From Gnetum montanum (taxonomy: Eukaryota; Plantae; Gnetophyta), in the NCBI GenBank assembly GCA_015680685.1, contig MNCI01001077.1, positions 5,627 through 69,626 on the forward strand: DNA of 64,000 bases, in the 5' to 3' direction. Position 1 is the stretch's first letter, and the number at the start of each line of letters is the position of its first letter. The notes beneath the pieces were generated by a model. That model was not told the origin of the DNA. It did no database searches and worked only from the letters and a program-made list of their open reading frames with translations. This document shows, in pieces, positions 1 through 11,427 of the stretch. The position numbers were made by a program, and so were the translations under genes.

Positions 1-2
1 TA

Positions 3-581
3 CAAATTTTAAAAGTCCCCTCAATTCTCATCTCCCACACTTACCATTCTTACAGAGACCCTGAAAATCCAATTGCAGAGCCAGAACAGGGGACCTTGAA
101 CTTAGCAGCAGCAGAAATCAGAGACCTAATCCAATGGAGGAATGGGGCTCCCCGAATCCAGACATCCAGAGACAAATACTTCGCAGCAGTGCACCACATT
201 TGCAGGATTGTGCGCAACGACATTTTCATGGAGAAAAGTCTACAGAGAATGGGAATATCGGTAAATTCAGAGGTGTGGCAAGTTATGAGAGATTGCTCAG
301 CCATGGGTAGGGAGGCCCTCAGATTCTTCAATTGGGCATGCCAGCAACCCAGATACGAACCCACCACTGTGGAATTTGAGGAGATGGTCCGGATTTTGGG
401 GGTGGGTGGGCACTGGGAATCCACGTGGAGAGTTGCAGAGGAAATGAGGCCAGAGAATTTTTTACTGTCCACCAGGACCTTCTGTGCCATTATTGAAGCT
501 TACGGCGGAGCCTGACTTATCAACAAGGTCGTCGATGTTTTCAATCGGATGAAGAATTTTGGTGTACCTCATACTGTTCAG
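3..581 (+). CDS. PPR pseudogene exon 1 (frame open from window start; internal TGA 513-515)
   Basis: Reads ...IIEAYGGA*LINKVVDVFNRMKNFGVPHTVQ, then donor CAG|GTTAGT at 582. Confidence 0.8.
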
Positions 582-1049
582 GTTAGTGCATTTGCATTTT
601 TTTGAATGACTGGGAATTCGATTAGGGTTTTTGGTTGATAGACCTATTTTTGTGATCTGGGTCTGCTGCTTGCTGTATTTTTTTTTTGAAATTATTGTTT
701 ATTTTTTGATTAAATAGCTAGACAATGGTTAACCGTAGTGCAATTTCTCTTTAAATTTTGTAGTCACAATATGCCTTTTACCCCTTAATAAAACCCATTT
801 TTTAAGGGGTGGGTGATTGTCCGTATCATAGTTGAAATGGAAATCTAAAGTTTTATCACAATGAAAATCTATAATTTTACAAATTAGGGAAGCTTATATG
901 TAAATGTTTTACTTTTAGAGCAGAATCGAAAATTGCAATTTCATAAAACTTTAGTTATTAATAGAGTCCAATGGTGAACAAGAGTTCATGTTAGATACAT
1001 GGAAAGAAAGAATAGTAGGAGGTTAGGATTTAGGACTATGAGCTTGCAA

Positions 1050-1650
1050 TGTTACAAAATAAATTTTCAAACTATCATCTATCCTACTATATTGTATGGA
1101 TGTGTTGTTTGGGGACATGGACTTGGTGCAAAAAACCTTTCTTCTTAATGATTTAAAGATGAAGATGCAAATACCTTACTCAATGTTTTTGATTTGTTAC
1201 CTTTAAAAGTAGAAGCCTTGTGCCAATTCTCTAAAGCAGTCATTGAGGATTCATAAGATTGGGGTTGGTATTTTCAAGGAACGCAGTGGTTAAGAAAATG
1301 GAATATTTCTTGGGAGGAAGTGCAACAAAATCTTAAGCATATTTGCCAGGTAGTCAAATAGAAGATTGTAACATAGTTGTGGTCTAATTTATAAGGCAAG
1401 AAACAATTTTATTTGCATCACATTACATTTACTCAACGAGATGCAGAAAATTATTATCTCTCAGCCATTATTCTAATAAAGTATCAGATTGCTATCAGCA
1501 AGTTTCAGTTAAGTTCACATTATCTTAGAATTGAAAGTGGAAGATGGATTTAACTCCCCCTAGAAGAGTGCACCTGTAGATGGTGCAGGTCAGAAACCCT
1601 TGAGGATGAGTTGCATGTGTTTCTTTTCTGTGTTGTGGCTACCCTTGTGA
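1050..1650 (+). mobile_element. Degenerate 3' fragment of a non-LTR retrotransposon (RTE/RTE-X-like ORF2 C-terminus) in PPR intron 1
   Basis: FQTIIYPTILYGCVVWG (~1064-1114) and IAISKFQLSSHYLRIESGRWI*LPLEECTCRWCRSETLEDELHVFLFC (~1488-1631) match the post-RT motif and C-terminal CCHC zinc finger typical of RTE-X-like LINEs. Confidence 0.7.
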
Positions 1651-2105
1651 AATAGTAGTAAAATGTTGCAGTGAAAAAAACTTATATTTTTTATTTTTGC
1701 TACTGCCATTGGTGCTTGGTCAATTTGTAGAGCCTGTCTTTATTTTTCATGAAAATGCAATATTGGTCTAATATGTCCTATGGGTCTTTAGATATAATAA
1801 ACCTTCAGTTTTAGTTTCATAATATATTATAACTCATTCAAATTAGGCCTATACTTTTGAAGAAACACTTCATAATTTTCACTCAGAGTTACATCCCAAA
1901 GGAATTGGAAAATTATTAATAGAGCCCCGTGAACATAACTGAAAGCCCAACACTATAAGTCCTCTTTATGTAATGATCATTCATCTCTAAGGTCCCAAGA
2001 ACTTTCTTCTTATACCCTAAAATTTATTTTAAGTGAAGTTTTCTAATTGTTTAAAGTCATGTCAACATTCTCCTTGTATCTAACATGCCTTTGACTCAAA
2101 AGAAG

Positions 2106-2352
2106 CTATATAAATCACTATTGAAAGCCTTATGTAATGTAAGGAATTATAAAGGTGGGTATGCATTAGTGAACAGGATGGTACGGAAGGGATGCAAACC
2201 AAACACTGAAACATATGAGATCCTAGTTGGGGCATGCTGCCGTGAGGGTAAACTTACCGAAGCGCAAACATTTTTGGAGGATATGAGCATACGTGTGCAT
2301 GAGCCTCTTGTTGGAAGTCGTGATGTGTTAATCAGTGGACTGTTGGCTGCTG
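2106..2352 (+). CDS. PPR pseudogene exon 2
   Basis: LYKSLLKALC...GCKPNTETYEILV...LISGLLAAG. Acceptor AG at 2104-2105 (alternative 2101-2102); donor G|GTGAGA at 2353. Confidence 0.8.
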
Positions 2353-3590
2353 GTGAGAGAAATCAAGTTTTTTCTGGCTATTTACAATTTTTGTTACTTG
2401 CAACACTAGTACTAACCATTTAATTTATGTTAAAATATGGGGTTTTTCACTTGGTTGAATCAGTATTTTGTCATGACCTAAATGTATAATTTCCCAATAA
2501 TTCAGATGGTCTTTGATCCACCAAGAACGCAACAACAAGATCTTCAGAGAGGAATTTGATACTTTTCACATATTCATCTCATATATATTATTCAACACAC
2601 AATAACTATATTTTCTTAGTTTTGAAAGTAGGGCTTCAGACAGTTCTTCAGGTCATGCTTCTATTTATATCATCTCTTGCACAGGTTATCCCTATTATCT
2701 AGCATCTTGTCAACTTTCACGTTACCAGTTGCTTTGGTAGTACTTGTGGCTAGTTGCTTGGCATTTTGCAAATTCATTTATATATGTTTGAAAGATGGAA
2801 ACTTCTTGAATCCTTTGTGGCCAGGTCCCAAATATAGAGTTAAAGATGCAACATTGTTAAAGGATCTAGCCTACCGATCAAGGAGACTTCAAATAGAAAC
2901 TCTAAATATGTGAGAATGAATTGACATGCCTTTTTAAAAACAAGATTATAGCTACCATTGCAGGATTCAAAAGAGCTATCACCAAGGCTGAATTTCGATG
3001 GACGTCAAGCAATTATTCAGACACTAGTAGGGTTGTGAAATTATGAAGAAAAACTTGACTGTACGACACCAGATTTCATAAAATACATAGGATAAATGTG
3101 CAAGTCAAAACCTAGGCTCACTGGAATTACCTTGAAAATGACACATGGTATATAACTCAATGCATGTGTAAAGTCATTTAATGTGGTTATTTTTTAATAG
3201 TAAATAGAATTTGTTTCGTTTGGAAGTTTTAGGTTTGGTGGTCAAGTTACAAATAATAGTATATTATAGCCGTCTTATGTTTTGGATTATTTCTATTTAA
3301 TAATAGTTTGATTAGCTAAGAAGTCTTAATTTATTACACGAGGGTTGAAGCTAGATATTAATAACTAATAAATTTCTTATGAAACAAATTGCAAATCCTC
3401 ACACTTTTTCTAGGTACCCTTAGTAACATAGCCCATGTATTTTATGCTAGCAAGAATTCAGGTTATCTATTTTATTCTTATTCTTTATTCTAAATGTTTT
3501 ATCTTCTTTATTTTAGTGTTGCCTTTCTCTTCTATGCATGGGATATGATACCTGAAAAACTGACTGATACAAAATCTCACACTTTTGTAG

Positions 3591-4174
3591 GAAATCTTGA
3601 CACAGCTGAAGACTTTGTTAGAAGAACAACAAAGGAAGGCTTCTTGCCATGCATGGGAACATTTAACTCATTCTTGCAAGCCCTTCTTGATGCTGGTGAG
3701 GTTGATCTTTTATTAGATCTTCTTTCCAAGGCTGCTAGAAAAGGTTTGTATCTTGACAGTAACACCTATCAAATCTTGATAAAGGATGCCTCAAAATCTA
3801 GAAAAATAGATGATGCATTTAGGCTTGTATAGAGTGCAATGCAAGAATGGGTGAGACCCTATCCAAGCCTTTATGCTCCCTTGCTCAAGGCTTTCTGCAA
3901 GAGGGGCCAATTTTCTGAGGCTTACAGTCTGTTCAATGACATGAAGGTTAAAGGTCATCCCCTTAATCGACCTGTTTACACCATGCTCATAAGGTTGTCC
4001 TCTTGTGGTGGTAGAATTTTAAATGCGGCAGATTTGTTACTTGAAATGATAGAACTGAAACTGGTTCCAAAGACTCAAAATTTTGATATGGTAATTAGTG
4101 GATTGAAAACCGTTGGGAATTATAGTTTGGCTGAAAAGATGGAGAGATTGTATTTTTCAATTTACATACTTTGA
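3591..4174 (+). CDS. PPR pseudogene exon 3 (internal TAG 3830-3832)
   Basis: Acceptor TTTTGTAG|GA. PPR motifs continue in the same frame across the stop (DDAFRLV*SAMQEWVRPYPSLYAP). Confidence 0.82.
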
Positions 4175-5410
4175 TTTTTGGAATGAGAAATTCAGAATCA
4201 AGTGATTTTATTGCATTTAGGAATTTTGCGAAATGAAACATGATTTGTAGCTGATAGGATTTTTTGATATCTATTATCCTAATTTTCCTATTAACATGTT
4301 CTCGAAGTCAGTGGCAATTAACATATTTCCCATAGAACGTTACCCAATTCGGAATACTCATAGCTTTGTAGTAATGCATTTCTTAGGATATACCTTTTTG
4401 CTAGTTACCCAACTGATAGGCCTTTTCATGTTATGGTAAATCAAAGGGTCAAGGTATTGCATTTTTTTGCTTCTAGGCATCTATCTTGTTTTTGCTTTTT
4501 CAGTTTTGACTGATCCTTTCAGTCAATTACTTAAAAAGGTGTTCACTTGTCAAGGTAATTTTGAGTGGGCTTCAAAACTCTATGATTCCACTTAAGTCCA
4601 TAGGTATAGTTTATACTATCACAACAAAGAAATTGCTGTAGACTCTATATGATGCTGCTCATTCTCTAGTCTTGATTGTTCAACTCAAATTTCAACTACT
4701 TGTATACATAAAATTTTACTTGTGAAAATTATACTAGTTTTCTAGATAGGCTCATGGAATGATATGTTATTCTTTCAAGATCAAAATGGCAGGTCAAATC
4801 TCCTTTATCTTGAATTTATAAGTGCAATCTTTTGTACATAAATCATGTGTGAAAGTATTCTCTCAATCTAATAGATGGGCTTAATGATGCTCATCAATTT
4901 GGAATACTAAAGCTTAATTCTTGTTTTTTATTTTTGTCTATATTACAAGGGAATGAACGCTGGAAACTAAAATTAAATATCATTCATATTAGTATGATTT
5001 GCAAGAAAGGAAAGGATCATTACTTGCAGGTTTAATGATCTTTTTTCCAAGGAGCAAGATTTTAGAAAAGTTATGTAATACCATGCCCTGTTGCACCAGA
5101 GGTAAGATCTTTATTATGGGGGCAACAAACCTTAAGGTTTCTGATACAATTTTTGAAAGTTTTTTTCCAACTCCCCTAAGGGTTAGTAACATTAATCATA
5201 CATAAACATCAACTTTTTCCAAGTTAACCATTCCAACAACCTTTGGGATGTTTTATCAATGATAAGGCATTAATAGAAATAATGATTAAGTTAATTAAAT
5301 CATTCATAATTACAACTTAGCCAAGTATAACCACCCTCAAGAGTTAAGGTATTCCAATTGTTTTAAGGTTACAAAATGATTGCTAATCCATGGTTCTATT
5401 GTGATTGCAA

Positions 5411-7017
5411 ATGGCACCCAAACAAAAGTTCCCGCAAGAAGGAGAACCCTCACAACCATGGAAGAAACAATCCACAGCTAGAAGGGGCTAGCAAGAACAA
5501 AGCCAAGAACAATAAGAGGTGATCCATGCAAGGGGACGTCTTCGTGAGGAGCCCAAAGTGGAATCTGTTTGACAAATTCGACAAGACGAAGTGCCCATAG
5601 AATAATCTCAATAAGGAAAAGTGCCTGGACGTATGCCTAGGCTTGAGGTCCCGCTAACTTAAGCCTACCTAGACATAGTTAAGTCTCGAGAGATCCAAAG
5701 ATTAGTTCTTCAAGATATAAACTTTGGGCTATTTTTGGAGAAAGTTCCAAAGGATGTTAGAACACAATTGCAAACCTCTCCCATCTGGCCAATCATAATG
5801 ACCAGTGGAGAGTGGTACATGGGAGATACCTATCTCTTCTGAATAGCTGAAGGCCAAGGTTCATTGTAAAAAACAAGGATGTTCAAGTGTCCTACTTGGT
5901 GGAGGCCATTGCATAGGCACTGGGGTTACCCAACATTAGAACACAGTTGGCCGAAATATCAACAAAAGATGACCTTGAGGCAAAAAGGGAGTGGACCCAG
6001 TGATGTTACGTGGTGGACCATAAGGAGTATGGTGTGCTCACATTGATAGAGCAAATTTATTGCAATATTATAGCCTATCACCTCAATCCAATAGTGAGGC
6101 CAAGTAAGATGACTGTCTTCTCCACTCATGCATGCACTGCTTTGAGTAAGAAATTTCCTAACCTTTCACAGCTAATTTATTCGGAGATTGAGAAGTGTTT
6201 CAAAAAAAATGAACGTGGAAGGAGGACCCTACCATTTCCATGCCTTATAAGAAAACTTTCTAAGAGTGTAGGTATTATTCGCTATTCCAATGACACTCTC
6301 AGGCATACAACCTTGGCCTCATGGGCAGAAATCATGAGGGATAAAATGCTAGTAGCCATCCAAAAAGAGGAGTTGTCACCACCACCACCCACTTAGGAGA
6401 CAACACCAAAGGCATGCATAGTCCTTGAGCATCTATGACAAATCTGAGAGTAGCTCTTGAGTGAACAAGAGCAGCAAGAAAGAACAAGTGGGATAGATCC
6501 ATCTGTGTATTGGCCGCAGTAAAAATTGAAGAAGCAAGTGGCTAGCTCATATCTACTATACAAGGCTGAGTTCAAACACCACAAGGACACTAAGCAAAAG
6601 TTTGAGATTGCTAATGCTGAACTCAAAGTCCTCAAAGGGTGATTCACAGATCAACGATCCATCGCCAAGGACTTAGCCAAATGGACGAATGACTACTAAG
6701 AGCTGAAGAACATACTAGGAGCATTCAACATTGAACGCAAATAATTTTTTGCTTAGTTTGTCAATGTCAAGGAGTTATTTTTAGTGATCCCGTGTCTTTG
6801 GGAGGTGCCCATTCCAACCCACATTGGAAACATTGTGTGGACGATGCATGATCCCAAGTGTAAGGAGGAGAAAATGAAAGCACTACTGGATGCTTTCCAT
6901 CTTCTACCTAAAGTTGCAACAGTAGCAGGACAACCACAGCCTCAACCATCGCTAGTGCATGAAGTCGATTAAGGTTCCTCGAAGCCTTAGGAACCACCAT
7001 TTCCTGGGACCATTTGA
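5411..7017 (+). pseudogene. Element A accessory ORF2, short version (Transposase_32-like N-domain + coiled coil + conserved C-terminal motif)
   Basis: Fragments WYMGDTYLF, NLSQLIYSEI, LPFPCLIRKL and IPCLWEVPIPTHIGNIVWTMHDP align by eye with ORF2 of C, D and G; many stops. Confidence 0.7.
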
Positions 7018-7266
7018 TCTTCTCTAACAAGCTTCACATCATCAAGAAATGTGTTGTCCAATTTTTGATGAGTTGTATCATGGTGTTCAGTTTTGTATCC
7101 TAAACACCACCATTTTTGTAATGTGTTAATCTATACACCCATCCACCCCATTTTTTGTCGATTCAGTCAAGTTTTTCTTGTTGAAAGAAAAGTCAATTAA
7201 TAATCCCATGCCTTCCCAATTTTGTAAAAGAACTCGAGGAAGAGTTTTTATTCAGTTGTGGGGGTA

Positions 7267-8208
7267 TGATGAGTTGTCGTTGGCTGGCTACGTTGATGAG
7301 GCCTCGTCAACATAGCAAATCACGTTGACAAGGCATCATCCATGAGGCCCCGTTGACACATTTTTACCTACGTTGACATTGCCTCATCAACGCGGTGTTT
7401 TTCCATCGCCTATAAATGCTCACCTACCCATTACATTTATGGAAGTCCAAATTTAGTAGTAGCAAAGCTCTCGCATTTTTCCTATTCGAAAGCTAGAATT
7501 TTCTCCCCAAGTGCTCGCAATAAGAATCATTAAGTGTATAGATCTTTATTTAAGCATTATTGTACCTAAGCACAATAGTGTGTGGAGCAATAAAGATAAG
7601 CTTTCTGATAAACCTTGCAACACTTTGCATAAATTGGCTCTTTTATTTATGCATTCAATGTTTTCAATTATTTGTTAATTATTCTCAATTATTTCACGAA
7701 TATTTTCCTAGAATTGAGTTAATGAGATTATTAAGTTAGATAGATTAAATACATAAGTACAACTACTTCGAGCATAACATGCATTCACTTGGTAATCCCA
7801 GCAATGTTATTGCTTGGTAGGCCCAGTAGTGTAGCATTTGGTCACCTACCAGTGGACACGTGGGTTCAGGATGTGTACAGAAAGTGGAAATGGATGCTTA
7901 TGTTAGGATTACTTAAATGATTAGTTAATTAGTCATTAATATTAGTTAATTAAAATCATTTTTATCTACATTTCGAGCACCCACAATATAAAATACAAAA
8001 TGATAAAAATTGGATGCCTCGGTTACACTTAACCATACTAATGAATGTCACAAGTGTAATTAGGAGGAAAACAATTAACTTTAAGGCTAGATTCACTTCC
8101 TAAAGGGCTGGTGCACTAGAAACGATGAAGTCATTGAAATTTGATCAGATCATGCATGAACGCTTGTAATTCGTATGGTTGGGTGTAGGGGTACCTTGCC
8201 GCTCATCA
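7267..8208 (+). repeat. 3' LTR of element A (942 bp)
   Basis: Begins TGATGAG right after the PPT; TATAAAT at ~7411; ends GTATGGTTGGGTGTAGGGGTACCTTGCCGCTCATCA. Confidence 0.9.
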
Positions 8209-9303
8209 CTAATACTCTTGATTTTGGTATGAGACACTTTTCTATGATTCTCTTCCAAAGCTTCATAGTATGTCTCATTAGCTCAATTTTTCTATAATTT
8301 GCCCAACTCATAAAAAAATCATATAATTGAAGCCTAGAAATATAATGAAGAAACTATCAAGCTAAAACATGAGCATGAAGAGGCAAAGGTGAATCCATGC
8401 ATTAATTCAACATTCATGCAAAGTCAAGGCTTTCATTAATAAGCTGTAGAGCAATAAAGAAAAGGTGGTTGCTTTAGCCTCAAGAAAAAACCTATTTAAG
8501 CCAAAATGAGCTATCTATGAAGAGGTAGCAGGTAAAGCCTAAAAGTTAGTAGAAAAAGCTACAAATTTAAGGAAGGCACTGGCATCACATTTAGGAGAGC
8601 ATCTTCATGGCATGATGTACATTATAGTCAAGACAAGAGGAGGATATCATAAATAGCATGAATCATTAGAAGAATGAATTAAACTTATGGAGAATCATTA
8701 AATGAAGTCATCTTAATTGCATCTAATGCAGGTATAGAAGAATTGGATGCAAGGAAGGTGAGCTCTATGTTAATGAATGTATAACCTAAAAAGTAGGTAC
8801 AAGCTTTATAGCTTCTTTTTAGTTATAGGCACCTATCAAAGCAATTAGATCAATAAGCATGGAAAATCATGTATCAAGAAAGGCTCATCCAACAAAATAT
8901 TTACTTAAAACTATTAATGAGTACAATTTCATTATTAAAAGAACATTTGTTAACTAGACCCTATCAAATCATTAGTTATATATAGCTCAATTGTATTTTG
9001 AAAGAAATGGTGGGGCAAGAAGAGGGCTAATTCCAAGAGAAAAATTGGATGGAAGAAAACTAAAAGGTTTTTTGCAAGATAATGACTTTCTAATCAATTT
9101 GTTTAGCTTTGTCATTTTAAAACCTGGAAGTTATTTTGTTAAACCTTTTCTTTTGATTACTTAGCTTAGCTCATCGTTTCATCCTTAGCCTTGTATGATC
9201 TCATTTGCATTTTGTTTGGCATTGAAGTAACATGTATTTACATAATTTTATAGCATTTTATCATTATTTGCTTATCTTTACCAAGTTGTCACTTATTGTG
9301 CCT

Positions 9304-10736
9304 ATGGTTGACATGGAAGATTGGAATATGAGTACCTAGAAGCAAATACGTTTGCCCTTGAGCCTAAGTGGGCCTCACAGTGATGTTGAATGATGATTGA
9401 GCCTAATTGCTTAGATCTTGAGCCTAAGAGTCATTTAACAACATAGATCAATTGAAAAACCTCTAGAATGGCCTAAAAATCTAGTTAAAACCCTTTATGT
9501 AGAGTCTAACAACATTACTAATGACTCTATAGTTGAGGTTCCTATCACAAAACACAATGGCAAGGAGAAAACCCTAAAACTAAATTGCTCACTAAAACCT
9601 CAATAGGCTTAAGACATCACTAAGGTTCTACAAGATAACATTAAGACATTTGCCTAGTCATATGAAGATATACCAAGTCTATATCAACCTTTAATACAAC
9701 ATAACATCATACTTGATCCTAGCATTAGACTAGTTAAGTGAAAAGTTCATAATATTAGACCTGATTTGGCCTTAGTAGTTCATGATGAAATCACAAAATG
9801 ATATCAAGCTGGTTTCATTAGAGTTGTTAACTAAACAAAATGGGTGTCTAACATAGTGGTAGTGCCTAATAAAAATGGTAGTATATGAATTTGCATCAAT
9901 TTTTGAGACCTAAATAAGGCCACTATTGAGGATAATCTCCCTTTTCCTAGTATTAAGAACTGCATCGATACTATGACTAGGCATGTCTTATTAATCCTAT
10001 ATGAATGGGTTCTCGGGATATAACTAGATTAGAATCAACCTAGAACATCAACTTAGCATAACTTTCATGACTTTTTAGGGTACATTTTATTATATCATGA
10101 TGTCCTTTGGCCTAAAAAACATGGGAGCAACCTACCAAAGAGCTATGACTTATATCTTTAGTGATTATATGCTAGGTTTTCTCAATGGTTACATAGATGA
10201 TATAGCTATTAAGTCTAAAGTGGCTAATGATCATACATATGACCTTGACCTTGTATGTAAATGATGCCTCAAGTATGAAGTTAGCCTTAACCCTAAAAAA
10301 TGTGTCATTGATGTCAAAATTAGTGTGATTCATGGATTTATAGTGTCTAAAGTAGGAATACATGCTAATCCTAATAAGGTTAAGGTCATATCCAACTTGG
10401 CATGACCAACTAACCTTAAAGAGCTTTGGGGATTAAAAGGAAGATTACAATTCATTTGTAGGTTTACCTCTAGGCTTACAGATAAGTTACAACTCATGCA
10501 ACACTTGCTTAAGAAAGGAGTTCACTATGAGTGGGCATCTTAATGCTAAGAATCCTTTGAATACCTTAAGCAAGAACTAGCACAACTATTGATAGTCTAT
10601 CCTTCATAAGAGGATCAACCATTTTACATATACCTTGCTATCTCTGATATTTCTATTGCCTCTCTACTCCATCAAAAATGAGATGATGGAGTAGAGATAT
10701 TAGTATACTACCTTATCCATGCATTAGTTTCCCATG
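9304..10736 (+). pseudogene. Element B reverse transcriptase and start of RNase H
   Basis: WVSNIVVVPNKNG, DLNKA, GFSGYN*I, MSFGLKNMGATYQRAM, YIDDI, LNPKKC; many stops and a frameshift. Confidence 0.9.
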
Positions 10737-11142
10737 TGATGAGACATGATTCACTTAGGCCGCGATATCGTGTCCGTCGCGATATTGCATCCCCCACGAT
10801 ATCGCGTACGCGATATCGTGTCTTCCCTATGATATCACGTACACGATATCGTAGTCTGCCACCATATCTATAAATAAGATGCGACTCTCCCTTGTTTGTG
10901 GGATCCCAGTTAGAAGTAGCAAAGCTCTGGTAGTTTGATCCCTCCAGAGTTAGATTTTTTTCCCGTGTCTGCCTGCAGTGTGGTGAATGTAATTGTACAG
11001 TGCCTTTATTCGAGTGTGCCGTACTTGGACACGCACATGACTAGCAGTAAAGATTGAGATTACTTCATCATTGCAACATTCACTTTTTTATTTATTTAAT
11101 GTTATTTACTATTTTCTCTCTCTCACCCTTAAACTCCTAGAA
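10737..11142 (+). repeat. Element C 5' LTR (partial, ends at N)
   Basis: Direct repeat of 14385-14790. Confidence 0.9.
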
Positions 11143-11427
11143 NGAGTGAAACTTGCTGAAAAGTACCTAAAATTTTCGAAATTTATCATCATCCAAAGGA
11201 CATCAATTAGGGTAATTAACACTAACACTTAGAAAACTTGTGCCAAAAATCATATGACCTTAGGTACACCAGGAGATTAAAATGAAATCCACCTAAGTCA
11301 TAGGACCCATTATTATAATTTTTGGGCACAATCACATGACAACATAAGATCTTCAATTAAAGACATGTAGTGAGGTATAACTTGAATTTGAAAACAACCT
11401 TACTAACGTTTGGCCATGTGATTGCAG

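Larger units (their letters stand above)
3..4174 (+). pseudogene. P-class pentatricopeptide repeat gene, At5g18390-like, three exons, two premature stops; 5' end lies upstream of the window
   Basis: Spliced translation gives tandem PPR motifs and resembles Arabidopsis At5g18390 as I recall it (YFAAVHHI, LRFFNWA, PYPSLYAPLLK, DMKVKGHPLNRPVYTMLI). GT-AG introns at 582-2105 (phase 0) and 2353-3590 (phase 1) keep the frame. Stops TGA 513-515 and TAG 3830-3832. Confidence 0.88.
5000..8208 (+). mobile_element. Element A: 5'-truncated Athila-like LTR retrotransposon (ORF2 + PPT + 3' LTR)
   Basis: ORF2 homologous to those of C, D and G. Athila-type pre-LTR motif CTCGAGGAAGAG...TGTGGGGGTA. LTR TGATGAG...CTCATCA. 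Left boundary approximate; no 5' LTR found. Confidence 0.75.

Noticed and set aside
2677-2913. 78-aa hydrophobic ORF in PPR intron 2
   Set aside because: Non-ATG start, no recognisable motif and no splice support.
513-3832. PPR stops rescued by U-to-C RNA editing
   Set aside because: Such editing acts on organellar transcripts. This gene has spliceosomal introns, and the first stop aligns to a Gly (GGA>TGA).
8330-9060. Purine-rich coding-like stretch upstream of B's RT (possible post-protease or G-patch region)
   Set aside because: Too degenerate to assign any motif by eye.
10737-11143. Element C as a genuine 4.6-kb ORF2-only element with a short 5' LTR
   Set aside because: The LTR stops exactly at an N, so the rest of the LTR, PBS and gag may be missing from the assembly. 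The same caveat applies to H and I as solo LTRs and to the absence of ORF2 in F.
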